Assembly: GCA_036136835.1 (NCBI GenBank)
Contig: JAZABS010000049.1
Location: forward strand, 1-47,874
Reading direction: 5' to 3'
Origin: Bacteroidota bacterium
Lineage (GTDB): Bacteria; Bacteroidota; Bacteroidia; Flavobacteriales; Flavobacteriaceae
DNA length: 47,874 nt
Part shown: in pieces, positions 9,940-17,899 of the stretch
Numbering within the stretch: position 1 is the stretch's first letter
How the letters are laid out: every line of letters starts with the position of its first letter
Notes under the pieces: generated by a model
Database searches by the model: none
Told to the model about the DNA's origin: nothing
The model's input: only the letters and a program-made list of their open reading frames with translations
Made by a program: the position numbers and the translations under genes

Positions 9940-10446
9940 ATGTATGCAATTGTTGAAATAGCGGGGAAACAATTTAAGGTTCAAAAGGATCAAAAGCTAT
10001 ATGTTCATCGTTTAAAAGAAGATGAAGGCAAGAAGGTTACTTTTGACAGAGTTCTTATGGTTGATAACAAGGATAAAGTATCTTTTGGCTCTCCAGTTAT
10101 TAGTGGAGCTCAAGTAGGTGCAAAAGTTTTAAAGCATCTAAAATCTGATAAAGTCATTGTATTTAAGAAGAAAAGAAGAAAAGGATACAGAGTAAAGAAT
10201 GGACATCGTCAATTATTAACTCAGATTCAAATCAGTGATATATCATTATCTGGAGCAAAAACAACAAAGAAATCGGAAACAAAATCAAAAACAGCAAAGA
10301 AACCAGAGACAAAGGAAAAATCAGCAGAAAAAAAGGAAGATTTAACTAAATTATCTGTTGCTGCTTTAAAAGATATGGCTAAATCAAAAGGTGTATCAGG
10401 AATTTCTAAAATGAAAAAAGCAGATTTAATTAAAGCTCTAAGCTAA
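9940..10446 (+). CDS. rplU: 50S ribosomal protein L21 with Lys-rich C-terminal extension
   Basis: The L21 core is MYAIVEIAGKQFKV...KKKRRKGYRVKNGHRQ. It is followed by about 65 extra residues ending in a Rho_N/SAP-like helix motif, LSVAALKDMAKSKGVSGISKMKKADLIKAL. Confidence 0.9.
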   Translation: MYAIVEIAGKQFKVQKDQKLYVHRLKEDEGKKVTFDRVLMVDNKDKVSFGSPVISGAQVGAKVLKHLKSDKVIVFKKKRRKGYRVKNGHRQLLTQIQISDISLSGAKTTKKSETKSKTAKKPETKEKSAEKKEDLTKLSVAALKDMAKSKGVSGISKMKKADLIKALS

Positions 10447-10458
10447 AAGTTATAAAAA

Positions 10459-10716
10459 ATGGCACATAAAAAAGGAGTAGGTAGTTCTAAAAACGGTAGA
10501 GAATCAGAATCGAAACGATTAGGAGTTAAAATTTTTGGTGGACAGGCAGCCAGAGCTGGTAATATAATTGTTCGTCAAAGAGGAACTGTTCATAATCCTG
10601 GAGAGAATGTTTATTTGGGAAAGGACCATACTCTTCATGCTCAAGTTGATGGAATTGTAAAGTTTACAAAAAAGAAGGATAACAAATCTTTTGTTTCAAT
10701 TGTTCCTTCAAAATAA
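10459..10716 (+). CDS. rpmA: 50S ribosomal protein L27
   Basis: [28 protein letters not shown]...[10 protein letters not shown] is canonical L27. Confidence 0.95.
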   Translation: MAHKKGVGSSKNGRESESKRLGVKIFGGQAARAGNIIVRQRGTVHNPGENVYLGKDHTLHAQVDGIVKFTKKKDNKSFVSIVPSK

Positions 10717-10768
10717 CAATCTTTAATTTTCTTAGTTGTACTTTTATAGTACATAATTTTATTTGATA

Positions 10769-11389
10769 ATGCCAATTGTTCGAATAATAAATCCGAATGA
10801 TACTACTATCGTTGGTATTTGGAAGATTACGGAAACTATAGAAGATTTTTTCACATTGATTCCGCTTTCTGCTAAATCTAAAAAATTATTAAAATCAAGA
10901 AAGTCAACTATTCATCAATTACAGTTTTTAAGCATAAGAGCTATTCTTCTTGAACTAGGATATTCAGATGATTCTTTAGATTATAGTAAAAATTCACCAA
11001 TATTAGATGGTGGTAAAAAAATATCAATAAGTCATTCAAATTTATTCTCTTGCGTGATTATAAGTGATACTAATGTTGGCATTGATGTTCAACACTTCAA
11101 CGATAAAATTAATAGAATTGCTCACAAATTTATTGGATATGAATCCTCATATTTAGCAAATAATGATATCCAAAAACTTTCCATAATATGGAATATTAAG
11201 GAATCTATATACAAGATTGCTAATATTGAGGGGTTGGATTTTAAAAATCATTCTTTAGTAATCCCATTTAATATTAGTGATGATTTTACATTTTCATGGC
11301 TTGTGTATAAAAACATAAGACATCGATATATATCCTATTTTTTTACAATAGAAAACTATAGTTTTGCATACTTAATATATAGCCCATGA
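10769..11389 (+). CDS. 4'-phosphopantetheinyl transferase superfamily protein
   Basis: VGIDVQ motif and downstream W.IKESIYK motif typical of Sfp/AcpS-type PPTases. I prefer the ATG at 10769 over the TTG at 10763 used by the track. Confidence 0.65.
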   Translation: MPIVRIINPNDTTIVGIWKITETIEDFFTLIPLSAKSKKLLKSRKSTIHQLQFLSIRAILLELGYSDDSLDYSKNSPILDGGKKISISHSNLFSCVIISDTNVGIDVQHFNDKINRIAHKFIGYESSYLANNDIQKLSIIWNIKESIYKIANIEGLDFKNHSLVIPFNISDDFTFSWLVYKNIRHRYISYFFTIENYSFAYLIYSP

Positions 11390-12018
11390 ATGAAATTTAT
11401 GATTTTTTTCTAGAAGCATATTCTAATTCACCAACATATGTCATTGTACTTGAATTTTTTGCATTTGTTTTTGGAATCATAAGTGTAGTTTATGCTAAAA
11501 AAGAAAACATATTAGTTTATCCAACAGGAATTATTTGTACTGTTATTACAATATATCTTTTATATAGGGCTCAGTATTTTGGTGATATGATGATGAACAT
11601 ATATTATTCTATAATGAGTATATATGGTTGGTGGAATTGGTCAAGAATAAAGGATAATCGATACATAGTTTTAATAACTAATACAAGTAAGAGAGAATAT
11701 TTGACCTCTGCATTTTTCTTTTTTCTAACTATAGCAATTACATTTTTTGTATACAAAATGAATCTAGAGATCCTGCATATTTCAAATTATATAGACATAT
11801 TTACCTCTGGAATTTTCTTTACAGCAATGTGGCTAATGGCGAATAAGAAAATTGAGTGTTGGATTTTTTGGATTATAGGTGATATAATTACAGTGCCTTT
11901 ATATGGATATAGAGGACTGGGTATGTTATCTTTGCAATATATGATTTTCTTGATTTTAGCAATACAAGGATATTACGAATGGAAAAAGACCTTAAACAAA
12001 CAGAATCAAACTGCATAA
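11386..12018 (+). CDS. pnuC: PnuC family nicotinamide riboside transporter
   Basis: 210 aa, 7-8 TM, with the W..NW / YGWW motif region (IYGWWNWSR). It is followed by a NadR-type kinase. Confidence 0.8.
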   Translation: MNEIYDFFLEAYSNSPTYVIVLEFFAFVFGIISVVYAKKENILVYPTGIICTVITIYLLYRAQYFGDMMMNIYYSIMSIYGWWNWSRIKDNRYIVLITNTSKREYLTSAFFFFLTIAITFFVYKMNLEILHISNYIDIFTSGIFFTAMWLMANKKIECWIFWIIGDIITVPLYGYRGLGMLSLQYMIFLILAIQGYYEWKKTLNKQNQTA

Positions 12019-12545
12019 AGGTTGTGCTATTTGGACCAGAATCTACTGGAAAGACAACTTTAGCAAAAAAACTAGCTAGACACTACAATTCAGTTTGGGT
12101 TAGAGAATATGCTCGAGAGTATTTGCAAAATAAATGGAATAATGAGAGAAAAACTTGTGAGCCAAAAGATCTTCCAGAAATAGCCAAGGGTCAAATCAAG
12201 CTAGAAAATGAACTTTCAAAAAAAACGGATTCAGTTTTGATCTGTGATACAGATCTATTAGAAACTAAAGTATATTCAGAGTCTTATTATTCTGGAACAT
12301 GTGACCCAATTATAGAAAAATATGCACTAGAAAACACTTATGATTTATATTTACTAACATATATTGATGTTCCATGGGTTAAGGATGATCTTCGAGATAA
12401 GCCAAATGAAAGAATGAAGTCATTTAAAATTTTTGAAAGCACATTAAAAAAATATAATCGTCCATATGTAATTTTAAAAGGAAGTAAGCAGGAAAGATTA
12501 AATATTGCAATAAAACATATTGATGGTTTGATGAAAAGTATGTAA
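11979..12545 (+). CDS. AAA-type ATPase, NadR C-terminal-domain-like ribosylnicotinamide kinase
   Basis: P-loop GPESTGKTT, 188 aa, with no HTH or NMN adenylyltransferase domain. It overlaps the pnuC 3' end by 40 nt. Confidence 0.7.
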   Translation: MEKDLKQTESNCIKVVLFGPESTGKTTLAKKLARHYNSVWVREYAREYLQNKWNNERKTCEPKDLPEIAKGQIKLENELSKKTDSVLICDTDLLETKVYSESYYSGTCDPIIEKYALENTYDLYLLTYIDVPWVKDDLRDKPNERMKSFKIFESTLKKYNRPYVILKGSKQERLNIAIKHIDGLMKSM

Positions 12546-12554
12546 ATTTATCAG

Positions 12555-12860
12555 GTGAAAAAGTTTTACAGCATTTTTCTCTTAATTGTTCTAACTATAC
12601 CTAACCTATTTAGTATAGAACATATTTTTTCAGAAGAACATATAATTTGTGACGAAGTTGAGCTACATGTTCATGAATTGGAGAACCATTGCTCAGTTTG
12701 TTATTTTTTCAACACAAACTATGATGATAGTTTTGTAGATTTTGAAAAAAAAGACAATCAAATAATAGCTATAGCTAGTCCAACTATAGTTAACACTAAA
12801 CTTTATTCTACTAATCTTTTATTTTATTTTGATTCCAGAGGTCCTCCTTTAAATTGTTAA
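12555..12860 (+). CDS. small secreted/anchored Cys-His protein of unknown function
   Basis: GTG start, N-terminal hydrophobic segment MKKFYSIFLLIVLTIPNLFS, HVHELENHCSVC motif, C-terminal RGPP. It lies 39 nt upstream of the His-rich TonB-dependent receptor. Confidence 0.5.
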   Translation: MKKFYSIFLLIVLTIPNLFSIEHIFSEEHIICDEVELHVHELENHCSVCYFFNTNYDDSFVDFEKKDNQIIAIASPTIVNTKLYSTNLLFYFDSRGPPLNC

Positions 12861-12899
12861 TTTTCAATCAAACATTAACAATTAATCAAATAAAAAATT

Positions 12900-15002
12900 A
12901 TGAAAAAAATTATATCGTATGCCTTTATGGCATTATGCTTATTATATACAAATAAAAATATTGCTCAGGAATCAACTGAGGCAACAGTCGATTTAGATGA
13001 AGTTGTAATTTCAATTCCATTTGGTGAGACTGAAGATGCAAGTGTAATTCATGTAGAAAAAGTTACAATTGACTCAAATAACCCGCTAATGTTTCAACAA
13101 ATTTCAAAATCTATTGAAAAATTGGCAGGTGTATCATTTATGACTACTGGTCCTGGAATAGCAAAACCTGTAATTAGAGGTTTGTCTGGCAACAGGGTAG
13201 TTGTTTATAACATGGGTGTGAGAATGGAAAACCAACAATGGGGAGATGAACATAGTATGGGATTAAATGGCTCTGGTATTAGCTCTGTAGAAGTTATTAA
13301 GGGCCCAATGTCAGTATTATATGGAAGTGATGCCATTGGAGGTGTCATTTACGCAGTGCCTGAAAACTTTTTGCAAGGAGATGGTACTAAGGTAGATTTA
13401 AGTACTGCATATAACTCAAATTATCAAGGGACTACCACTAATGTCGGTGTAAAAGGAGGATCAAATGAGTTGAAATATATTGTAAGAGGTAGTATGACTG
13501 ATAATGGGAATTTTAATACACCAGATGGTGAAGTTGAAAATTCTTTTCTTGAAGAAACAGACATTAAATTGGCTTTAGGATATACAGCCAAGTCTTATCA
13601 ATCAAATTTTAGAATGAGTATGACAGAGACTAAGGTTGGTATTCCGCATGGTGAGGAACATCATGATGAGGATCATGATGATCACGAAGATGGTGATGAT
13701 GATGAAGATGGTGATGATGATCATGATGATCATGATGAAGAACATGAAGAAGGCGTTTATTTAGAAACAGAACACACTATGTTTTCTTGGGAAAATGTTT
13801 TTACATTTAGTGATTCAGAGTTAAATGTTACCGTAGGTCACTCTAATAATATTCTTAGAGAATATGGAGGACATGATGAACATGATGAGGATCATGACGA
13901 TCACGAAGATGGTGATGATGATGAAGATGGTGATGATGATGATCATGACGATCATGACGACCATGACGAGCATGAAGAAGCTCATATGGATGTGGGCTTA
14001 AAAACTACAAGTCTTGATTTAAAGTATACTTTACCAAAGTTAGAAAATTTAGAATCAGTAGTTGGTGCTAGTTTTTTAAGCCAAGAAAATAAAAATCATG
14101 GAGAGGAGATGTTAATTCCAGATGCAGAAAAAATGGATATTGGAATTTTTGGAATGTGGAATTATCAACTTGATAATATGAATATTATGATTGGATCAAG
14201 ATTTGATAATAGAGAAATAAAAGTTGGAGGAGATGAACATGAATATTTTAGTTTTACAAATTCTTTAGGATTAAAAACAAGTATGGGATCAAATTCTACT
14301 GTTAGACTAAATCTTTCGTCAGGGTATAGAGCTCCAAATTTGGCTGAATTATTTTCTGATGGTGCCCATCATGGTTCAAATCAATATGAAATAGGTAATA
14401 GCAGTTTGGTTGAAGAACAAAACACTCAATTTGACGTTTCATACAGTCATACAAATGGAAGTAATTTATCTGTAGGTGTTGACGTGTTTTATAATGATAT
14501 AAGTGATTATATCTATTTGAATCCAACAGGTGCAGTTATCGATGATCTTCCTGTTTATCATTTTGATCAAACCGATAGTACAATTTTTGGAGGAAGTGTT
14601 CATTTATCATATGATACTAACATTGATTGGCTTTCTTTTGATACATCAGTAGAATATATGAATGGAGAAACAGCTGATGGTGATTATTTGCCAATGATTG
14701 CTCCTTTAACATTGAATCAGGATTTTACTATTGATATTAATGATAATATATTTGAATTGGATCTTTTATATAAGTCAAAGCAGGATAATGTAAGTGAATT
14801 TGAGTCTAGTACAGATTCTTATTTTACAGTTAATCTTTCAGGCTCACATAAAATTGATATATCCGACAATTCTTTAAATATATTTTGGTCTGTAGATAAC
14901 TTGTTAGATGCAGAATATATGGATCATTTATCCAGATTAAAAAATATAGGAATTCATGAAATGGGAAGAAACATTTCTGTAGGATTAAATTATAATTTTT
15001 AA
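12900..15002 (+). CDS. TonB-dependent receptor with two poly-His/Asp/Glu insertions
   Basis: Signal peptide, plug motifs (VIRGLSGNRV, IEVIKGPMSVLYGSDAIGGVIY) and a C-terminal beta-barrel ending ...GLNYNF. The two insertions are HGEEHHDEDHDDHEDGDDDEDGDDDHDDHDEEHEEG and GGHDEHDEDHDDHEDGDDDEDGDDDDHDDHDDHDEHEEAH. Confidence 0.9.
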   Translation: MKKIISYAFMALCLLYTNKNIAQESTEATVDLDEVVISIPFGETEDASVIHVEKVTIDSNNPLMFQQISKSIEKLAGVSFMTTGPGIAKPVIRGLSGNRVVVYNMGVRMENQQWGDEHSMGLNGSGISSVEVIKGPMSVLYGSDAIGGVIYAVPENFLQGDGTKVDLSTAYNSNYQGTTTNVGVKGGSNELKYIVRGSMTDNGNFNTPDGEVENSFLEETDIKLALGYTAKSYQSNFRMSMTETKVGIPHGEEHHDEDHDDHEDGDDDEDGDDDHDDHDEEHEEGVYLETEHTMFSWENVFTFSDSELNVTVGHSNNILREYGGHDEHDEDHDDHEDGDDDEDGDDDDHDDHDDHDEHEEAHMDVGLKTTSLDLKYTLPKLENLESVVGASFLSQENKNHGEEMLIPDAEKMDIGIFGMWNYQLDNMNIMIGSRFDNREIKVGGDEHEYFSFTNSLGLKTSMGSNSTVRLNLSSGYRAPNLAELFSDGAHHGSNQYEIGNSSLVEEQNTQFDVSYSHTNGSNLSVGVDVFYNDISDYIYLNPTGAVIDDLPVYHFDQTDSTIFGGSVHLSYDTNIDWLSFDTSVEYMNGETADGDYLPMIAPLTLNQDFTIDINDNIFELDLLYKSKQDNVSEFESSTDSYFTVNLSGSHKIDISDNSLNIFWSVDNLLDAEYMDHLSRLKNIGIHEMGRNISVGLNYNF
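13662..13721 (+). repeat. copy 1 of intragenic direct repeat encoding the His/Asp-rich loop
   Basis: catgatgaggatcatgaTgatcacgaagatggtgatgatgatgaagatggtgatgatgat differs at a single position from 13881-13940. The offset is 219 nt, which is in frame. Confidence 0.9.
13881..13940 (+). repeat. copy 2 of intragenic direct repeat encoding the His/Asp-rich loop
   Basis: Same 60-nt string as 13662-13721 with one T/C difference, followed by a longer His-Asp run. Confidence 0.9.
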
Positions 15003-15021
15003 TCAAATATTTTAGTTTGGT

Positions 15022-15057
15022 AAAAGCGGTTGTTCTTTTTGAATAGCCGCTTTTTTT
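15022..15057 (+). terminator. rho-independent terminator after the His-rich TonB receptor gene
   Basis: aaaagcgg...ccgctttt stem with a 17-nt loop, followed by a T7 run, 20 nt after the stop codon. Confidence 0.7.
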
Positions 15058-15121
15058 ATTGGTTATAAAAAGATTCGTAATCTATATATAAAAATTAGAA
15101 AAAAAACTATATTTGACTGTT

Positions 15122-15197
15122 CTCATAAAGGGGTGCTTTTTAAGGCTGAGATCATACCCATTGAACCTTGAACAGGTAATGCTGTTTAGGAATTATT
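15122..15197 (+). promoter_or_regulatory. TPP (THI-box) riboswitch
   Basis: GGGGTGC (15130), GGCTGAGA (15144-15151), ACCC (15156-15159), GAACCTTGAACAGGTAATGCTGTTTAGGAA (15163-15192). P5 forms from AACAG/CTGTT and P4 from CCT/AGG. It lies about 45 nt upstream of the TonB receptor ATG. Confidence 0.85.
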
Positions 15198-15240
15198 TAA
15201 TAACAATAATTACCCCTTTTTATTTTATAACAGATCTCTT

Positions 15241-17361
15241 ATGAAAAGATTTATTCTGCTTTTTTATTTAACTGGTTTGTCTAGTTTTTCACAAAGTACT
15301 ATTCTAGATTCTACAGCTGTTCAAAAACTTGAGGAGGTAGTTGTTTCATCGGTTAGAATAAAAAATAATATTCCGGCAGCTTATAGCAATATATCAAAAG
15401 ATGAAATTTCTAAAAGAAATTTAGGTCAAGATCTTCCCATATTACTTAATTACTTGCCTAATGTTGTTACCACATCAGATGCAGGCGCTGGTATTGGATA
15501 TACTGGTATAAGAATTAGGGGAATTAATTCTCAATCAACGAATGTTACTATTAACGGTATTCCCTATAATGATGCTGAATCACTTGGAACGTTTTGGGTT
15601 GATTTGCCAGACTTTTCATCATCAGTTGAAAATTTACAAGTTCAAAGAGGTATTGGCACTTCAATAAATGGATCCAGTGCTTTTGGTGCAAGTATTAATA
15701 TTTTAACTAATAAGATATCATCTAAATCTTATCTTGAAAGCTCTAATTCAATAGGAAGTTATAATACTTTAAAGAACACTATTAAATTTAGTACTGGCTT
15801 AATTAGTGATAAGTTTGAATTCTCTGGCAGGTTATCAAAAATAGATTCAGATGGGTATATTGATCGAGCATTTTCTGATTTGAAATCATATTTATTGCAG
15901 GGTACATATAAGAATAAAAATACTTTGATAAAATTTCTAAATTTTGGAGGTCATGAAATAACTTATCAAGCTTGGAATGGAATTGATAATCAAACATTAC
16001 AAACAGACAGGACATTTAATCCCTCAGGCTTATATTATGATAATGATGGTGAAATTCAATTCTATGATAATGAAGTAGATAATTATAAGCAGGATCATTT
16101 TCAATTGCATTGGAGTGAGATAATTAATGAAAACCTTACATCTAATATAGGATTGAATTTAACTAATGGTAAGGGATTTTATGAGCAATATATAGAAGAT
16201 GGAAGTGATGATTATGTTACAAGAAAATGGCTTGATAATCGATTTTTAGTATTTAATTACAATTTAATTTATAATAATAAAAGATTGAATTTAATTTATG
16301 GAACTACTCTAAGTGAATATGATGGCGATCATTATGGTGAAGTAACATGGCAACAAAACTCAAATAGTTCTCAATTAAATGATCTTTTGTATAGCGGTAA
16401 TGGACTTAAAAATGATTTTAGCAATTTTTTAAAATCTACTTATCAGATTTCTAAGAAGATTTCTATATACGGAGATTTCCAGTTAAGAAACATAAAATAT
16501 AAAACTACAGGAAGCACCATAAATTTATCAGATTTTTCAGTTAACAAGAAATACAGTTTTTTTAATCCTAAGGCAGGGATAAATTTTCAAATGAATAATA
16601 AAAATAGATTATATTTTTCCTTAGCTAGAGCATTTAGAGAACCTACTAGAAGTGATTTTGAAAGCAATCCTGAAATTATGCCTGAAGAATTAGTTGATTA
16701 TGAATTAGGATGGAATTATAAACTAGAAAAAATACAATTTAAAACTAATTGGTATTTTATGCGCTACATGAATCAGCTTGTTTTAACTGGAGAAATTGAT
16801 GATGTTGGAGCACCAATAAGGGAAAATAGCGGCAAAAGCTATAGGCATGGCTTGGAGATAGAATCTTTAGTTGGTTTGTCAGATAAAATCAGTATAAATG
16901 CAAATATTAGTTTAAGCGAAAATAAGAATATAGATTATGTTACATCTTTTGATGGCGAGATAGTCAATTTAGGGGATACTAAAATTTCATTTTCTCCTAA
17001 ATTGATTTCATATATAGGGCTTATGTATACACCTTCAGAGAAATTATATTTATCATTTTTAAATAAGCATATTGGCAAGCAATATATGAGTAATACTGAG
17101 GCTCAATTATCAAAGCTAGAATCTTATACAGTATCAGATTTAAATTTGATATATAAATTAAAAGACACTCTATTTTTTAGTGAAATAATAGTTTCAGCTA
17201 TGATAAATAATTTATTTAATATTGAATATGTTTCTAATGGTTATTATTACACTTATGATGATACTTGGAGTGATATTAATAATACGACAACCATTGAGGG
17301 CACCGGATATTATCCTCAAGCTAAGAGAAATTATTTGTTAGGAATTTCGATGAAATTTTAG
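15241..17361 (+). CDS. TonB-dependent receptor (thiamine/TPP-riboswitch controlled)
   Basis: Signal peptide, plug domain (LEEVVVSS, RIRGINSQSTNVTINGIPYND) and a 22-strand-type barrel ending ...LLGISMKF. Confidence 0.9.
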   Translation: MKRFILLFYLTGLSSFSQSTILDSTAVQKLEEVVVSSVRIKNNIPAAYSNISKDEISKRNLGQDLPILLNYLPNVVTTSDAGAGIGYTGIRIRGINSQSTNVTINGIPYNDAESLGTFWVDLPDFSSSVENLQVQRGIGTSINGSSAFGASINILTNKISSKSYLESSNSIGSYNTLKNTIKFSTGLISDKFEFSGRLSKIDSDGYIDRAFSDLKSYLLQGTYKNKNTLIKFLNFGGHEITYQAWNGIDNQTLQTDRTFNPSGLYYDNDGEIQFYDNEVDNYKQDHFQLHWSEIINENLTSNIGLNLTNGKGFYEQYIEDGSDDYVTRKWLDNRFLVFNYNLIYNNKRLNLIYGTTLSEYDGDHYGEVTWQQNSNSSQLNDLLYSGNGLKNDFSNFLKSTYQISKKISIYGDFQLRNIKYKTTGSTINLSDFSVNKKYSFFNPKAGINFQMNNKNRLYFSLARAFREPTRSDFESNPEIMPEELVDYELGWNYKLEKIQFKTNWYFMRYMNQLVLTGEIDDVGAPIRENSGKSYRHGLEIESLVGLSDKISINANISLSENKNIDYVTSFDGEIVNLGDTKISFSPKLISYIGLMYTPSEKLYLSFLNKHIGKQYMSNTEAQLSKLESYTVSDLNLIYKLKDTLFFSEIIVSAMINNLFNIEYVSNGYYYTYDDTWSDINNTTTIEGTGYYPQAKRNYLLGISMKF

Positions 17362-17786
17362 AAGCTAGTAACAAGTAGGCTACTTCCATTTTGTTCTACT
17401 CTATATGTTTTTAGAGCACATGTCAGTTGAGTTTTAATTGATTGTCCTGTGATTAAACTGTATTTATTCTCGTCAGGACAACTACAAGAAGCTTCTAAAC
17501 CTTCAATTGATAAAATTGAACATTGACTGTATGTGTGATTTGGATCTGCACCATCCCATGCTAAAAATCCTGTACCAGAGTTTGTTACTATTACGCCACC
17601 ATTTCCAATATTAGCTATGTATACAGAATTACTAATAAAATTTAAATCATTGTATTGAGGTAGATTTAGATTAATCTCGTGAGCGACTTCAATATCTAGC
17701 AAATAATTGCATCTTGGATCAGAATCTAGATCAGAGCATGAAAAAAAAATAAATAATACAATAGAATATAATGCTAATTGCTTCAT
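17358..17786 (-). CDS. hypothetical lipoprotein (degenerate Rieske-like pattern)
   Basis: Lipobox FFSCS. GGVIVTN..G..AWDGADPNH...CSCPDENKYSLITGQ resembles a Rieske fold with the metal ligands lost. Its stop overlaps the stop of the convergent TonB receptor gene. Confidence 0.55.
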   Translation of the reverse strand: MKQLALYSIVLFIFFSCSDLDSDPRCNYLLDIEVAHEINLNLPQYNDLNFISNSVYIANIGNGGVIVTNSGTGFLAWDGADPNHTYSQCSILSIEGLEASCSCPDENKYSLITGQSIKTQLTCALKTYRVEQNGSSLLVTSF

Positions 17787-17842
17787 AGTGCGAAATTACA
17801 ACAAAATAAAATTGAAATAAATATTTTGTATATTTGAGTATG

Positions 17843-17866
17843 ATCTCGTGAAAACGAGATTTTTTT
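17843..17866 (+). terminator. terminator-like hairpin in the greA leader
   Basis: atctcg-tgaaaa-cgagat followed by T6. It sits just downstream of a TATATTTG -7-like element (17829-17836) and 34 nt before the greA ATG. Confidence 0.35.
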
Positions 17867-17899
17867 AATATAACTGGTTTATAGCACTAATATTTAGCA

